IMG/VR virus record: IMGVR_UViG_3300043427_002668
Length of the DNA stretch: 64,000 nucleotides
Strand: one strand, 5' to 3'
Source: a virus
Taxonomy: Duplodnaviria > Caudoviricetes
The number at the start of each line of letters is the position of its first letter. Position 1 is the first letter of the stretch. Shown here in pieces: positions 38,673 through 47,952 of the stretch. A program made the translations under genes and the position numbers. A model generated the notes under the pieces. The model saw nothing but the letters and a program-made list of their open reading frames with translations, did no database searches and was not told the origin of the DNA.

Positions 38673-39323
38673 TTAGCAACCACCTTCTGGCATAACTAAT
38701 ACATTATAAGTGATTTGCTGAACCGTTGGAGAAATTGTAGTATTTTTTCTATCAGTCTTTGAAGTTTTCTTTCTCGTTAGAAACTGTAAAGACTGATTTG
38801 GTTTTAGATAAAGTTCAACAGGGAAAGGAACTTCCATAATTCTATTATTTTTTCTCCACCAGTTGTCAGAACTTCCAAAGAAATAATAACTTGAACCTGT
38901 TACGACTTCTGAAGAATAGATAAACATATATCCATTATTTCCAGGTCTTGCACTAACGGCATTATTCCACCACAGAGAAGGGAAGTTTCTCCATCTTCCC
39001 CAGTACCAACTATAATTAAATGAAGTAGATGAAAGTTGTTTTCCTACAATACCTTCCATCCAGTCCGTATCTATATCTGGAATGTTTGGAATTTGGACGT
39101 ATGATGCCGGAACAACTGTTTCTGTAACGATTGCATTACCTGCGTTATCATATGATGGAGTTTGATTGGTCTGTGCTGGAGTTACAATACGAACCTCACT
39201 TGTACCAGTTCCCTCAAGAGAAAGATAATTGAATATAACTCTTACGTTCTGTCCTGTATTATTTGCATATAATGTAAAATCCTCATTTTTTGCAAAATAT
39301 CCAGTAAGTACTTCAGTTGCCAT
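38673..39323 (-). CDS. Hypothetical protein, inverted within the structural cluster
   Basis: YANNTGQNVRVIFNY ... YNVLVMPEGG frame; Trp-rich middle. Confidence 0.75.
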   Translation of the reverse strand: MATEVLTGYFAKNEDFTLYANNTGQNVRVIFNYLSLEGTGTSEVRIVTPAQTNQTPSYDNAGNAIVTETVVPASYVQIPNIPDIDTDWMEGIVGKQLSSTSFNYSWYWGRWRNFPSLWWNNAVSARPGNNGYMFIYSSEVVTGSSYYFFGSSDNWWRKNNRIMEVPFPVELYLKPNQSLQFLTRKKTSKTDRKNTTISPTVQQITYNVLVMPEGGC

Positions 39324-39401
39324 TTTTTTATAGTGTTATCTTTTTTATTATTTAGAATACATAAATAATAGAAGCAAATTATCGGTGGATAGGGAAACCG
39401 A

Positions 39402-39878
39402 ATGGCAAATAAAAACTTTGTAGTTAAGCACGGGTTAGAGGTTGATACTAATCTAATTTTTGCGGATCAAGGTACAAACAAAGTTGGTATTGCAACAACC
39501 GTCGCAAATTATACTCTACACGTTAATGGTGGCATTGGTGCAACAACTGCGGTTATTTCAGGAATAACCACAGTTAATAATTTGGTTATTCAAGGAACTC
39601 TAAAAGCAAATACTTCCACAGGATCCACTGGAAATTATTTGGTTTCCACTGGAGTTGGAGTAACTTGGATTTCTCCAAGAGTTTCTACTGTTTTTACTGC
39701 AACTTCAGGTCAAACAACATTTAGTGTAAATTATACTGTTGGATTGGTAGATGTTTATATCAATGGTATTCGTTTAATTCCAAGTGAATTTACTGCAACA
39801 AATGGAACGTCGGTTATTTTGAATGATGCTTGTTTTGGTGATGAAACTGTCGAACTTGTTGTATATTCATCAATCTAA
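39402..39878 (+). CDS. Short tail-fibre-like protein
   Basis: MANKNFVVKHGLEV, TATSGQTTF..NY, VDVYINGIRL; CATAAATA at 39360-39367. Confidence 0.75.
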   Translation: MANKNFVVKHGLEVDTNLIFADQGTNKVGIATTVANYTLHVNGGIGATTAVISGITTVNNLVIQGTLKANTSTGSTGNYLVSTGVGVTWISPRVSTVFTATSGQTTFSVNYTVGLVDVYINGIRLIPSEFTATNGTSVILNDACFGDETVELVVYSSI

Positions 39879-39889
39879 GGAGAAGATAA

Positions 39890-41206
39890 ATGCCAATTCC
39901 AAACAGGGAACTATCACAATTTGGTTCTTTTCTCTATGTTGACAATACAACAAGAAATATTGGTATTGCTACGACAGCAACTCCTTATGTTGGTATAGGA
40001 ACTACAAATCCATCTGTAAAATTTACAGTCATTGGAGATACAAACATATCTGGTGTTGTTTCTGCAACTGGATATTATCTGAACGGAAGTCAATTAGTAA
40101 GTGCTGCTCTTCAGACTTGGGATTTTTCTGGGTCTGATATCTATCGTTCTACTGGTAATGTTGGTATTGGTAGTACAATACCAGCACAAAAACTTGATGT
40201 TATTGGAAATATTACTGCAACTGGTACAATTACTGGAAGTAATATAAGTGCAAATGGAATCTCAATTAGTAGTGGTATCATCACTGCTTCTCGATTTGTT
40301 TCTACAGTAGCATCAGGAACTTCTCCATTAACTGTTACTTCAACTACTCTTGTTACAAACTTAAACGCAGATTATTTAAGAGGAAAATTACCACCATCTG
40401 GAGATATTGTAGGAACAACAGATACTCAAACTCTTACAAATAAAACTTTAACATCACCAGTATTAACCTCTCCAGTAGTTTCTTCTGCTGGTATTGCATT
40501 TTCTGGATCTACTTCAGGATCAACAACATTAAGAGCATCTGCAGTTGCTACTGGTATTGCAACTCTTCCTACAATTAGCACAAGTGATACTTTAGTTGCA
40601 AGAAACACCACAGATACTTTAACTAACAAGAATATTTCTGCTGGTTCCAATACAATTAGTGGACTAACAAATTCTAATTTGTCTGGTTCTGCTGGAATTA
40701 CAAATGCAAACCTTGCAAATTCTACTATTTCTGGAGTTTCTCTTGGTGCTAATTTAAACAATTTGATAGCAGGTTCATATATTAACTATAGCTCTGGAAC
40801 GACTTATAATGGATCTGCTGCGATTACAGTTTCTGTTGCAGCAACAACTTTAAACACTGCTAATACAGTTGTTGCTCGTGATCCTTCTGGAGATTTTACT
40901 GCAGGAACAATTACAGCATCAAATTTTAATTCAACATCAGATATATCAGTTAAAGAGAACATTTATACGATTGAAAATAGTTTAGAGACAATTAATAATA
41001 TTCGTGGAGTGAATTTTACTTGGAAAAATGATGGAAAATCTTCTTTGGGTGTTATAGCTCAGGAAATCGAAGAAGTATTACCTCAACTTGTTAACGATGG
41101 TGAAGTAAAATCAGTTAACTATAATGGTCTGATTGGAGTTCTAATTGAAGCAGTTAAAGAACTATCTGCTGAAGTAGAGCAACTCAAACAGCAACTAAAT
41201 AAGTAA
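39890..41206 (+). CDS. Tail fibre with C-terminal intramolecular chaperone (peptidase S74-like)
   Basis: TSDISVKENI, RGVNFTW, GVIAQEIEEVLP, VNYNGLIGVLIEAVKEL. Confidence 0.88.
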   Translation: MPIPNRELSQFGSFLYVDNTTRNIGIATTATPYVGIGTTNPSVKFTVIGDTNISGVVSATGYYLNGSQLVSAALQTWDFSGSDIYRSTGNVGIGSTIPAQKLDVIGNITATGTITGSNISANGISISSGIITASRFVSTVASGTSPLTVTSTTLVTNLNADYLRGKLPPSGDIVGTTDTQTLTNKTLTSPVLTSPVVSSAGIAFSGSTSGSTTLRASAVATGIATLPTISTSDTLVARNTTDTLTNKNISAGSNTISGLTNSNLSGSAGITNANLANSTISGVSLGANLNNLIAGSYINYSSGTTYNGSAAITVSVAATTLNTANTVVARDPSGDFTAGTITASNFNSTSDISVKENIYTIENSLETINNIRGVNFTWKNDGKSSLGVIAQEIEEVLPQLVNDGEVKSVNYNGLIGVLIEAVKELSAEVEQLKQQLNK

Positions 41207-41225
41207 AAGCCGAGTGTAAACGAAG

Positions 41226-42158
41226 ATGGCTATCAAGGTTAATAATATTAATGTTATTGATGATACTAGACAGTTTATTCCAGTTACAATTTCTGCAGGT
41301 TCAACAACAGGAACATCGGGTCAAGTTCTTCAATCGACGGGTGTTGGTGTTACCTGGGCCGCAGCAGGAGGATCGGGAACTTTTGATACTGGAATTACGA
41401 CATCCATATATGTTTCAGTAACTTCTGGTATTGCTACTGGTATTGGTACAACTGCCGCACAAATTACTGCATCTCAAATTTTTAGAAACAATGATATATT
41501 CATAGGTCCGGGAATTGCATATTCCTTCCCATCAACTGCTGGATATGAATATATAATCGAATCTATGCACGTTACAAATAAATCTGGAGCAAATTTATAT
41601 CTCTCAGGAAGACACGATTTTAATGGAGGACAGAATACACCAATTTGCAATAAAGTCCTAATACCATATCAAGGTGCTCTTGAACTTCTGGAACAACCAA
41701 GAGTCGCAAACCCTTCAGATATTATTCGTCTACAAGCACTTACTGGACTTGGAACAGATGCATCAGGAATGGATGGTGGTCTTGATGCATTCATTACGAT
41801 TTCAAGAAAAACTGATACAACTTATGTTGGAATTGGAACAACAGTAAGAACAACAGATCAGGAAATTTTTACATCTGTAACCTATTCATCAGTTATTCAA
41901 TCGATTAATCTTGCAAATTATAATAATAATGTAGATGTTGATGTAACTGTTTCTGTTTTTCGAGGTGGAACTGTCGGGGGAATTAGTACAACAGGTGTGA
42001 GGTTGGGATATCTAGCATATAATCTCACTATTCCAAAAAATAGTGTCGTTGAAATATGTCAGAAACCAAAACAACTCTCAGTTGGTGACTCCATTCTTGT
42101 CACAACAACTCCAGCAAACTCTGTAGGCATTGTTCTTGCAGGTAAATATATAGTCTGA
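41226..42158 (+). CDS. Tail fibre-associated protein
   Basis: GTSGQVLQSTGVGVTW, two internally similar beta-domains. Confidence 0.7.
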   Translation: MAIKVNNINVIDDTRQFIPVTISAGSTTGTSGQVLQSTGVGVTWAAAGGSGTFDTGITTSIYVSVTSGIATGIGTTAAQITASQIFRNNDIFIGPGIAYSFPSTAGYEYIIESMHVTNKSGANLYLSGRHDFNGGQNTPICNKVLIPYQGALELLEQPRVANPSDIIRLQALTGLGTDASGMDGGLDAFITISRKTDTTYVGIGTTVRTTDQEIFTSVTYSSVIQSINLANYNNNVDVDVTVSVFRGGTVGGISTTGVRLGYLAYNLTIPKNSVVEICQKPKQLSVGDSILVTTTPANSVGIVLAGKYIV

Positions 42159-42185
42159 TAGAATTAATTTATTTGAAAAAATCTT

Positions 42186-42764
42186 ATGTTTAATATTAAA
42201 TGTCGTGGTCTTTTCCCGACTGATTTGTACTTTGTTGATATTTACGATCAAAAAGAAAACGAAAGTTATAAACAAGAACTTTTAAAACTTTCAAAAGAAA
42301 GTCCTGGAGAAATTAAAAGTAATCGTAATGGATGGCAGAGTGATATTACACTTTGGCAGAATGAGACCTTTAAACCATTGTTAGAAAAGTCTTCTACAAT
42401 CGTTCAATCAATCATTGCAGACCTTTCTACCAACAAACCAGAGTTCGTCATTCGTGCAATGTGGGGAAATGTCAATCCTCAAGGTGGTTATAATTTCACA
42501 CACGTTCATCCCAGTGGTTGGATGAGTGCCGTTTATTATGTTGCACTTCCAGAAGGTGCTCCTGGTATTACCTTTGAAGATCCAAGACCTTCAAAGATTA
42601 TGGACTTTCAAGGTAGTTGTTTAAGAGATACAAACTATCATAATCACACTCCAAAGGTTGGAGAGTTGGTATTATTTCCTTCTTGGTTACCTCATTTTGT
42701 GAATCCAAATCCAATTAACGAAAATCGTATTTCAATCTCATTTAATGTAGAGTTACTTGTATGA
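42186..42764 (+). CDS. 2OG-Fe(II) oxygenase (TIGR02466-like)
   Basis: WGNVN, HVHP, SAVYYV, LFPSWLPHFV, RISISFN. Confidence 0.88.
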   Translation: MFNIKCRGLFPTDLYFVDIYDQKENESYKQELLKLSKESPGEIKSNRNGWQSDITLWQNETFKPLLEKSSTIVQSIIADLSTNKPEFVIRAMWGNVNPQGGYNFTHVHPSGWMSAVYYVALPEGAPGITFEDPRPSKIMDFQGSCLRDTNYHNHTPKVGELVLFPSWLPHFVNPNPINENRISISFNVELLV

Positions 42765-43423
42765 CTTCAGTATTAATCGCAATGCCCTGTTATGGGGGAA
42801 TGGTAAGTGATAAAACCGCAAAGGGATTATTCAATTTAGGAAAGGCACTGAATAAAAACGGAATCGATCACGGTCTTTTGACTATGGCAAATGAAAGTCT
42901 TGTTACGAAAGCAAGATCAAGAATTGCTAACTTCTATATGAATAATACCGAGTATGAGAAGATTTTGTTTATTGATGCTGATGTTGGATTTACACCAGAA
43001 GATGCCCTGAAGGTTATTCTTGCAGATAAGGATATTGTTTGTGGTGCATATCCAATGAAGGGTATTCCACTTCGTTACAATTATAATATCTCATCTCCTC
43101 CAGTTGCAGAAGAAGGATTAGTTCAGATTGAAAATATTGGATTTGGATTTTGTTGTATTAAACGGCAAGTATTTCGGGAAATTCAAAATCGTTATGGTGA
43201 AGAATTAAAGTATTATCCTGCACTAAATAATTCTAGTTATCCACCAACAGAACAGGAATATCATAACTCATATCATTACTTTCTTGAAATGAAAAAAGAT
43301 ATGTCTTTTCTACCTGAAGATTTTTCATTCTTTGAAAGAGCATCAAGTGTAGGATACAAATCTTGGTTAGATACAAGTATTCGTCTGTGTCATGTTGGTT
43401 CTCATGTTTATCAAGAAGAGTAA
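42761..43423 (+). CDS. GT-A-fold glycosyltransferase-like protein
   Basis: LIAMPCYGG, ESLVTKARS, FIDADVGF DxD motif, EDFSFF, LCHVG. Confidence 0.7.
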   Translation: MTSVLIAMPCYGGMVSDKTAKGLFNLGKALNKNGIDHGLLTMANESLVTKARSRIANFYMNNTEYEKILFIDADVGFTPEDALKVILADKDIVCGAYPMKGIPLRYNYNISSPPVAEEGLVQIENIGFGFCCIKRQVFREIQNRYGEELKYYPALNNSSYPPTEQEYHNSYHYFLEMKKDMSFLPEDFSFFERASSVGYKSWLDTSIRLCHVGSHVYQEE

Positions 43424-43428
43424 ATCAA

Positions 43429-46245
43429 ATGGCAGGAGTATTCGGTCTTAAAAAAGTCTATAAAAAACAGATCGAAAATACTGATCCTGGATTGCAACTG
43501 GATATTGAGGGTCTTTTTTATGGTTACTTTGGTGGTGGATATTTTATTCCTCCTACTCCTACTGCTAGTATATTTTATTCCACTATAGATCGTTTAGATT
43601 TCACGACAGAAACTGTAACATCATCGATCGATCTACCGGTAGCAAAATCATATGTAGCAGCAACCTCAAGTAGTTCTTATGGTTACTTTGGTGGCGGACT
43701 TACTTCACCATCAACAAGTGTTTGCACCATAGATCGTCTAGATTTCTCCTCAGAAACCCTATCAACACCAACACCTAAGTTATCTCAATCAAGAGGTTAT
43801 TTAGCAGCGACTTCAAGCAGTTCTTATGGTTACTTTGGTGGAGGTGCTGGATCCTCCACTGTAGATCGTTTAGATTTTGATACTGAAACGACAACACCAC
43901 TTCCAAATATATCTATTTCGCGAGGATATTTAGCAGCAACCTCAAGTAGTTCTTATGGTTACTTTGCTGGTGGAACTTCTCCAGGATTTGTTACGTATTA
44001 TTGTACTATTGATCGTTTAGATTTTTCCATAGATACATTTTCAGTTCCTCCCCAACAATTACCAACATCTACGGTTTATCCTGGGACAGTAAAAAATGAT
44101 CTTTATGGTTATTTTGGTGGTGGTGTTACTCCTCTTGGATATGTCTGTACTATAAATCGTTTAGATTTCTCCACAGAAACCCTATCAACACCAGCACCTA
44201 AGTTACCTCAAGCAAGATATGCTTTAGCAGGAACTTCGAGTAATTTTTTTGGATACTTTGGTGGTGGTTTTTATGCTCCTCTTGTTTTTGTTTGCACTAT
44301 TGACCGTCTAGATTTCTCTACAGAAACCGTATCAGTACCAGGACCTCAGTTATCTCAAAGAAGAGCGGCTTCAACAGCAGTCCAAGTCAACCGCAATCCA
44401 ATCTTCCAGTCATCTCCTAAGTTCACTAACTGGCCTGAGAGTGCTAATGTTGGTTACTTTGGTGGAGGAGCAACTCCTCCTGGAGTTATAGTATTAAGTA
44501 GTTTTAATCGATTAGATTTTTCTACAGAAACTGTGGCAACACCAGCACCTAAATTAACTGAAGCAAGATATCATTTGACATCATTGTCAAATAATCAGTA
44601 TGGTTATTTTGGTGGAGGAGCAACCTCACCTCTTCCTTCTCCTTTTATTCGTTCTACTACTGAACGATTAGATTTTTCTACAGAAAATACAATAAGACTC
44701 GGTAGTTCATTATCTATATCAAGAAGGTTTTTGAATTCAGTATCAAGTAGTTCTTATGGTTACTTTTGTGCTGGTATTACTTTACCTAGTCCTAATATTA
44801 GGGTTTCCACTATAGATCGATTAGATTTCTCTACAGAAACAATAACAACACCAACACCTAAGTTGGCTGGTGATAGAAGTGGATATAATACTGTATCAAC
44901 TAGTTCTTATGGTTACTTTGCTGGTGGTTCAATTTATGCTGTTCCATCGGATATTTATCAACTTGGTATAGATCGTTTAGATTTTTCTACAGAAACTGTG
45001 GCAACATTAGGATCTAATCTTTCTTCAATAAGAGCCGATTCCACAACTGTTTCAAATTCTTATTATGGTTATTTTGGTGGTGGAGGTAATTTTATTGGAC
45101 CAGGAGCACTATCTACTATAGAACGTTTTGATTTTTCTACCGAAACTGCAAATTTGTTAGGATCTAGGTTCACTACATCTAGAACCTCAACATCGGGAGC
45201 TTCAAGTAGTTCTTATGGTTATTTTGCTGGTGGTAATACTCCTCCCGATACTTCCAGTATAAATCGTTTAGATTTCTCAACGGAAACAATAGGAGATCTA
45301 ACATCTACATTATCTAGTTTTAGATATGGTGGAACTGGAGTATCAGGAGCAATAGGAACTCGTAGAGTTGGTTCTGCGACTTATGGTTATTATGGTGGTG
45401 GTGCTATTCCTACTGCTGTTTCTACCATAAACCGTTTAGATTTCTCTACAGAAACAGTAACAACACCATCTCCTAAGTTATCTCAAGCAAGACAACAATT
45501 AGCAGCAACCTCAAGTAGTTCTTATGGTTACTTTGGTGGTGGTGGTCTTACTCCCAGTTCCACTATAGATCGTTTAGATTTCTCTACAGAAACAGTATCA
45601 GTCCCAACACCTAAGTTATCTCAAACAAGACAACAATTAGCAGCAACCTCAAGTAGTTCTTATGGTTACTTTGGTGGTGGTGCTATTCCTACTGCTGTTT
45701 CTACTATAGATCGTTTAGATTTCTCAATAGAAACAGTATCAGTCCCAACACCTAAGTTATCTGATTTGAAAAGGGGAGTGGCAGCAACTGCAAGTAGTTC
45801 TTATGGTTACTTTGGTGGTGGTTATGCTTTTTTTCCAGGTCGTGTTTCTACTATAGATCGTTTAGATTTCTCCACAGAAACAGTATCAGTACCAACACCT
45901 AAGTTATCTCAAGCAAGAGAAAGTTTATCAGCAACCTCAAGTAGTTTTTATGGTTACTTTGGTGGTGGTGCTACTAGCCCAACTACTGTTGTTTGCACCA
46001 TTGATCGTTTAGATTTCTCCACAGAAACAGTATCAGTACCAACACCTAAGTTATCTCAAGCAAGAGAAAGTTTATCAGCAACCTCAAGCAGTTCTTATGG
46101 TTACTTTGGTGGTGGTTTTGCTCCTACTCCTGCCGTTTATTCAACAATTGATCGTTTAGATTTCTCCACAGAAACCGTATCAGTTCCATCACAAAAACTC
46201 ACTTCAGAAAGATCTGCTCCAGCTGCAGTCTCAAACGCAAACTAA
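43429..46245 (+). CDS. Kelch-like repeat protein A (18 repeats, three blocks of six)
   Basis: About 45-50 aa units SSSYGYFGGG-variable-TIDRLDFSTETVSVPTPKLSQAR; counted by hand. Confidence 0.85.
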   Translation: MAGVFGLKKVYKKQIENTDPGLQLDIEGLFYGYFGGGYFIPPTPTASIFYSTIDRLDFTTETVTSSIDLPVAKSYVAATSSSSYGYFGGGLTSPSTSVCTIDRLDFSSETLSTPTPKLSQSRGYLAATSSSSYGYFGGGAGSSTVDRLDFDTETTTPLPNISISRGYLAATSSSSYGYFAGGTSPGFVTYYCTIDRLDFSIDTFSVPPQQLPTSTVYPGTVKNDLYGYFGGGVTPLGYVCTINRLDFSTETLSTPAPKLPQARYALAGTSSNFFGYFGGGFYAPLVFVCTIDRLDFSTETVSVPGPQLSQRRAASTAVQVNRNPIFQSSPKFTNWPESANVGYFGGGATPPGVIVLSSFNRLDFSTETVATPAPKLTEARYHLTSLSNNQYGYFGGGATSPLPSPFIRSTTERLDFSTENTIRLGSSLSISRRFLNSVSSSSYGYFCAGITLPSPNIRVSTIDRLDFSTETITTPTPKLAGDRSGYNTVSTSSYGYFAGGSIYAVPSDIYQLGIDRLDFSTETVATLGSNLSSIRADSTTVSNSYYGYFGGGGNFIGPGALSTIERFDFSTETANLLGSRFTTSRTSTSGASSSSYGYFAGGNTPPDTSSINRLDFSTETIGDLTSTLSSFRYGGTGVSGAIGTRRVGSATYGYYGGGAIPTAVSTINRLDFSTETVTTPSPKLSQARQQLAATSSSSYGYFGGGGLTPSSTIDRLDFSTETVSVPTPKLSQTRQQLAATSSSSYGYFGGGAIPTAVSTIDRLDFSIETVSVPTPKLSDLKRGVAATASSSYGYFGGGYAFFPGRVSTIDRLDFSTETVSVPTPKLSQARESLSATSSSFYGYFGGGATSPTTVVCTIDRLDFSTETVSVPTPKLSQARESLSATSSSSYGYFGGGFAPTPAVYSTIDRLDFSTETVSVPSQKLTSERSAPAAVSNAN

Positions 46246-46270
46246 ATAACTTTAACTACATCATTTTGAT

Positions 46271-47947
46271 ATGAAGTCTGGAGCAACTGAAAGTTCTTTT
46301 TATTATCTTTCGCAATATTATACATTTCCTGAAAATGTAGATGTAAGAAGAACCACACACGAAATCATACAATCAGATAAGCAATATAAGGTCATCTGGG
46401 CACACGATAATTGCGACCAAGCAGGACACCGAGACCTTCCACAGCACATAGACAAGATTGATAAAATTGTCTGTGTATCAAACTGGGAACGAGAGCAATA
46501 CATCAAGTATAACCGAGCACCCGCAGAGAAACTGACGGTCATTCCAAATGGTGTGGATGATATGTTCCGACCATCAGGAAAACCAAAATCAAAAACCTGT
46601 ATCTTTTTCTCCGCACCACATAAGGGTATCACACCATTAGTACCCATCTGGAAAGAAGTCATCAAACATCATCCAGATGCAAAACTCAAAGTGTTTTCTT
46701 CAATGTCTCTGTATGGTGCAATTCAACCAGGAGAAGGAGAAAATGAGACTATCACAACTGATAAGGGACTAGAACCTTCACCATTCATTCCTATCTACAA
46801 GGAACTTCAAGCACTTCCAGGTGTGGAGTATTCACCTTGTATTGACCGTGAAGAACTACTACTTCATATTCAAGATGCTGCTTTTTATATTCATTCAAAT
46901 GTGTGGGAAGAAACCTTCTGTGTTTCTCTTGCAGAAGCAATGAGTTGCGGATGCTTTCCTATCACTACAGATATGGGAGCACTTCCAGAAACATCAAACG
47001 GAATGGGTAAGTATATTCCAATGTCAGGGCAAAATACTCCCAGAGGTTGGATTACTGATGACACATTCCACCAGAACTTTGCAGAAGAAATCATAAGAGC
47101 ACTTCATTTCTTTGATGTTGCTAGAGATGAATACGAACAAGCATCCTCAGCAATCTCAAAGTTTGCAATAGAAACTTATAATTGGAGAAGAGTTGCAAAG
47201 TTATGGGAAAATGAAATCAATAGTCTGACTCAAAAGATAGACCTCTTTGAAGGAAGAATGAAGACCTTAGAGGAATATTATGAGTGGTCTTCAAGTATCA
47301 ATATGGTTCCAGCACAACACATTGACTATCTTTACAGACTAAAGTATCATCATAATTTTGAACCAAAAGTGGTTTATGACATTGGTTCGGCAGTTCTTCA
47401 TTGGTCTAAGTTTGCTTCTTGTGTGTGGAATGAAGCAGAGTTCTATCATATTGATGGATTTGATGGATATCATTCGTTATACCAAAAGAATAGAATAAAC
47501 TATGCAATTGAAGTTCTAAGTGATAGGGAAAAAGAAGTTACTTTCTATGAGAATGTTAAGGATAGTGGAAGTTCCTCATATTATGAAATGAATTTCCAAG
47601 AGTTTCCACACAATCTAGCATTTAAGACCAGTCCTTTTTACAGAGAAAGAACAGTTAGAACAAAAACTTTAGATGCAGTAGTTGCAGAAAGAAATTGGAA
47701 ACTTCCGGATTTAATTAAAATGGATATTCAAGGATGCGAATTGGATGTTCTCAAAGGAGCAGAAAGAACTCTTGAATATTGTAATCATCTGATATTAGAA
47801 TTGCAAAATAAGCAGTATATGAAAGATGCCCCTCTTAATCAAGAGGTTATTCAATACTTAGAGAATAAAGGATATATTCTTATTTCACACTTCGTACAAA
47901 ATCCAAGTTGTGCTGACGGAGATTACCACTTCTTTAGATCGAAATAA
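46271..47947 (+). CDS. GT4-like glycosyltransferase fused to FkbM-family methyltransferase
   Basis: WAHD, VIPNGVD, EETFCVSLAEAMSCG (GT-B E-x7-E); YDIGS, LIKMDIQGCELDVLKG. Confidence 0.85.
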   Translation: MKSGATESSFYYLSQYYTFPENVDVRRTTHEIIQSDKQYKVIWAHDNCDQAGHRDLPQHIDKIDKIVCVSNWEREQYIKYNRAPAEKLTVIPNGVDDMFRPSGKPKSKTCIFFSAPHKGITPLVPIWKEVIKHHPDAKLKVFSSMSLYGAIQPGEGENETITTDKGLEPSPFIPIYKELQALPGVEYSPCIDREELLLHIQDAAFYIHSNVWEETFCVSLAEAMSCGCFPITTDMGALPETSNGMGKYIPMSGQNTPRGWITDDTFHQNFAEEIIRALHFFDVARDEYEQASSAISKFAIETYNWRRVAKLWENEINSLTQKIDLFEGRMKTLEEYYEWSSSINMVPAQHIDYLYRLKYHHNFEPKVVYDIGSAVLHWSKFASCVWNEAEFYHIDGFDGYHSLYQKNRINYAIEVLSDREKEVTFYENVKDSGSSSYYEMNFQEFPHNLAFKTSPFYRERTVRTKTLDAVVAERNWKLPDLIKMDIQGCELDVLKGAERTLEYCNHLILELQNKQYMKDAPLNQEVIQYLENKGYILISHFVQNPSCADGDYHFFRSK

Positions 47948-47952
47948 TTTTT

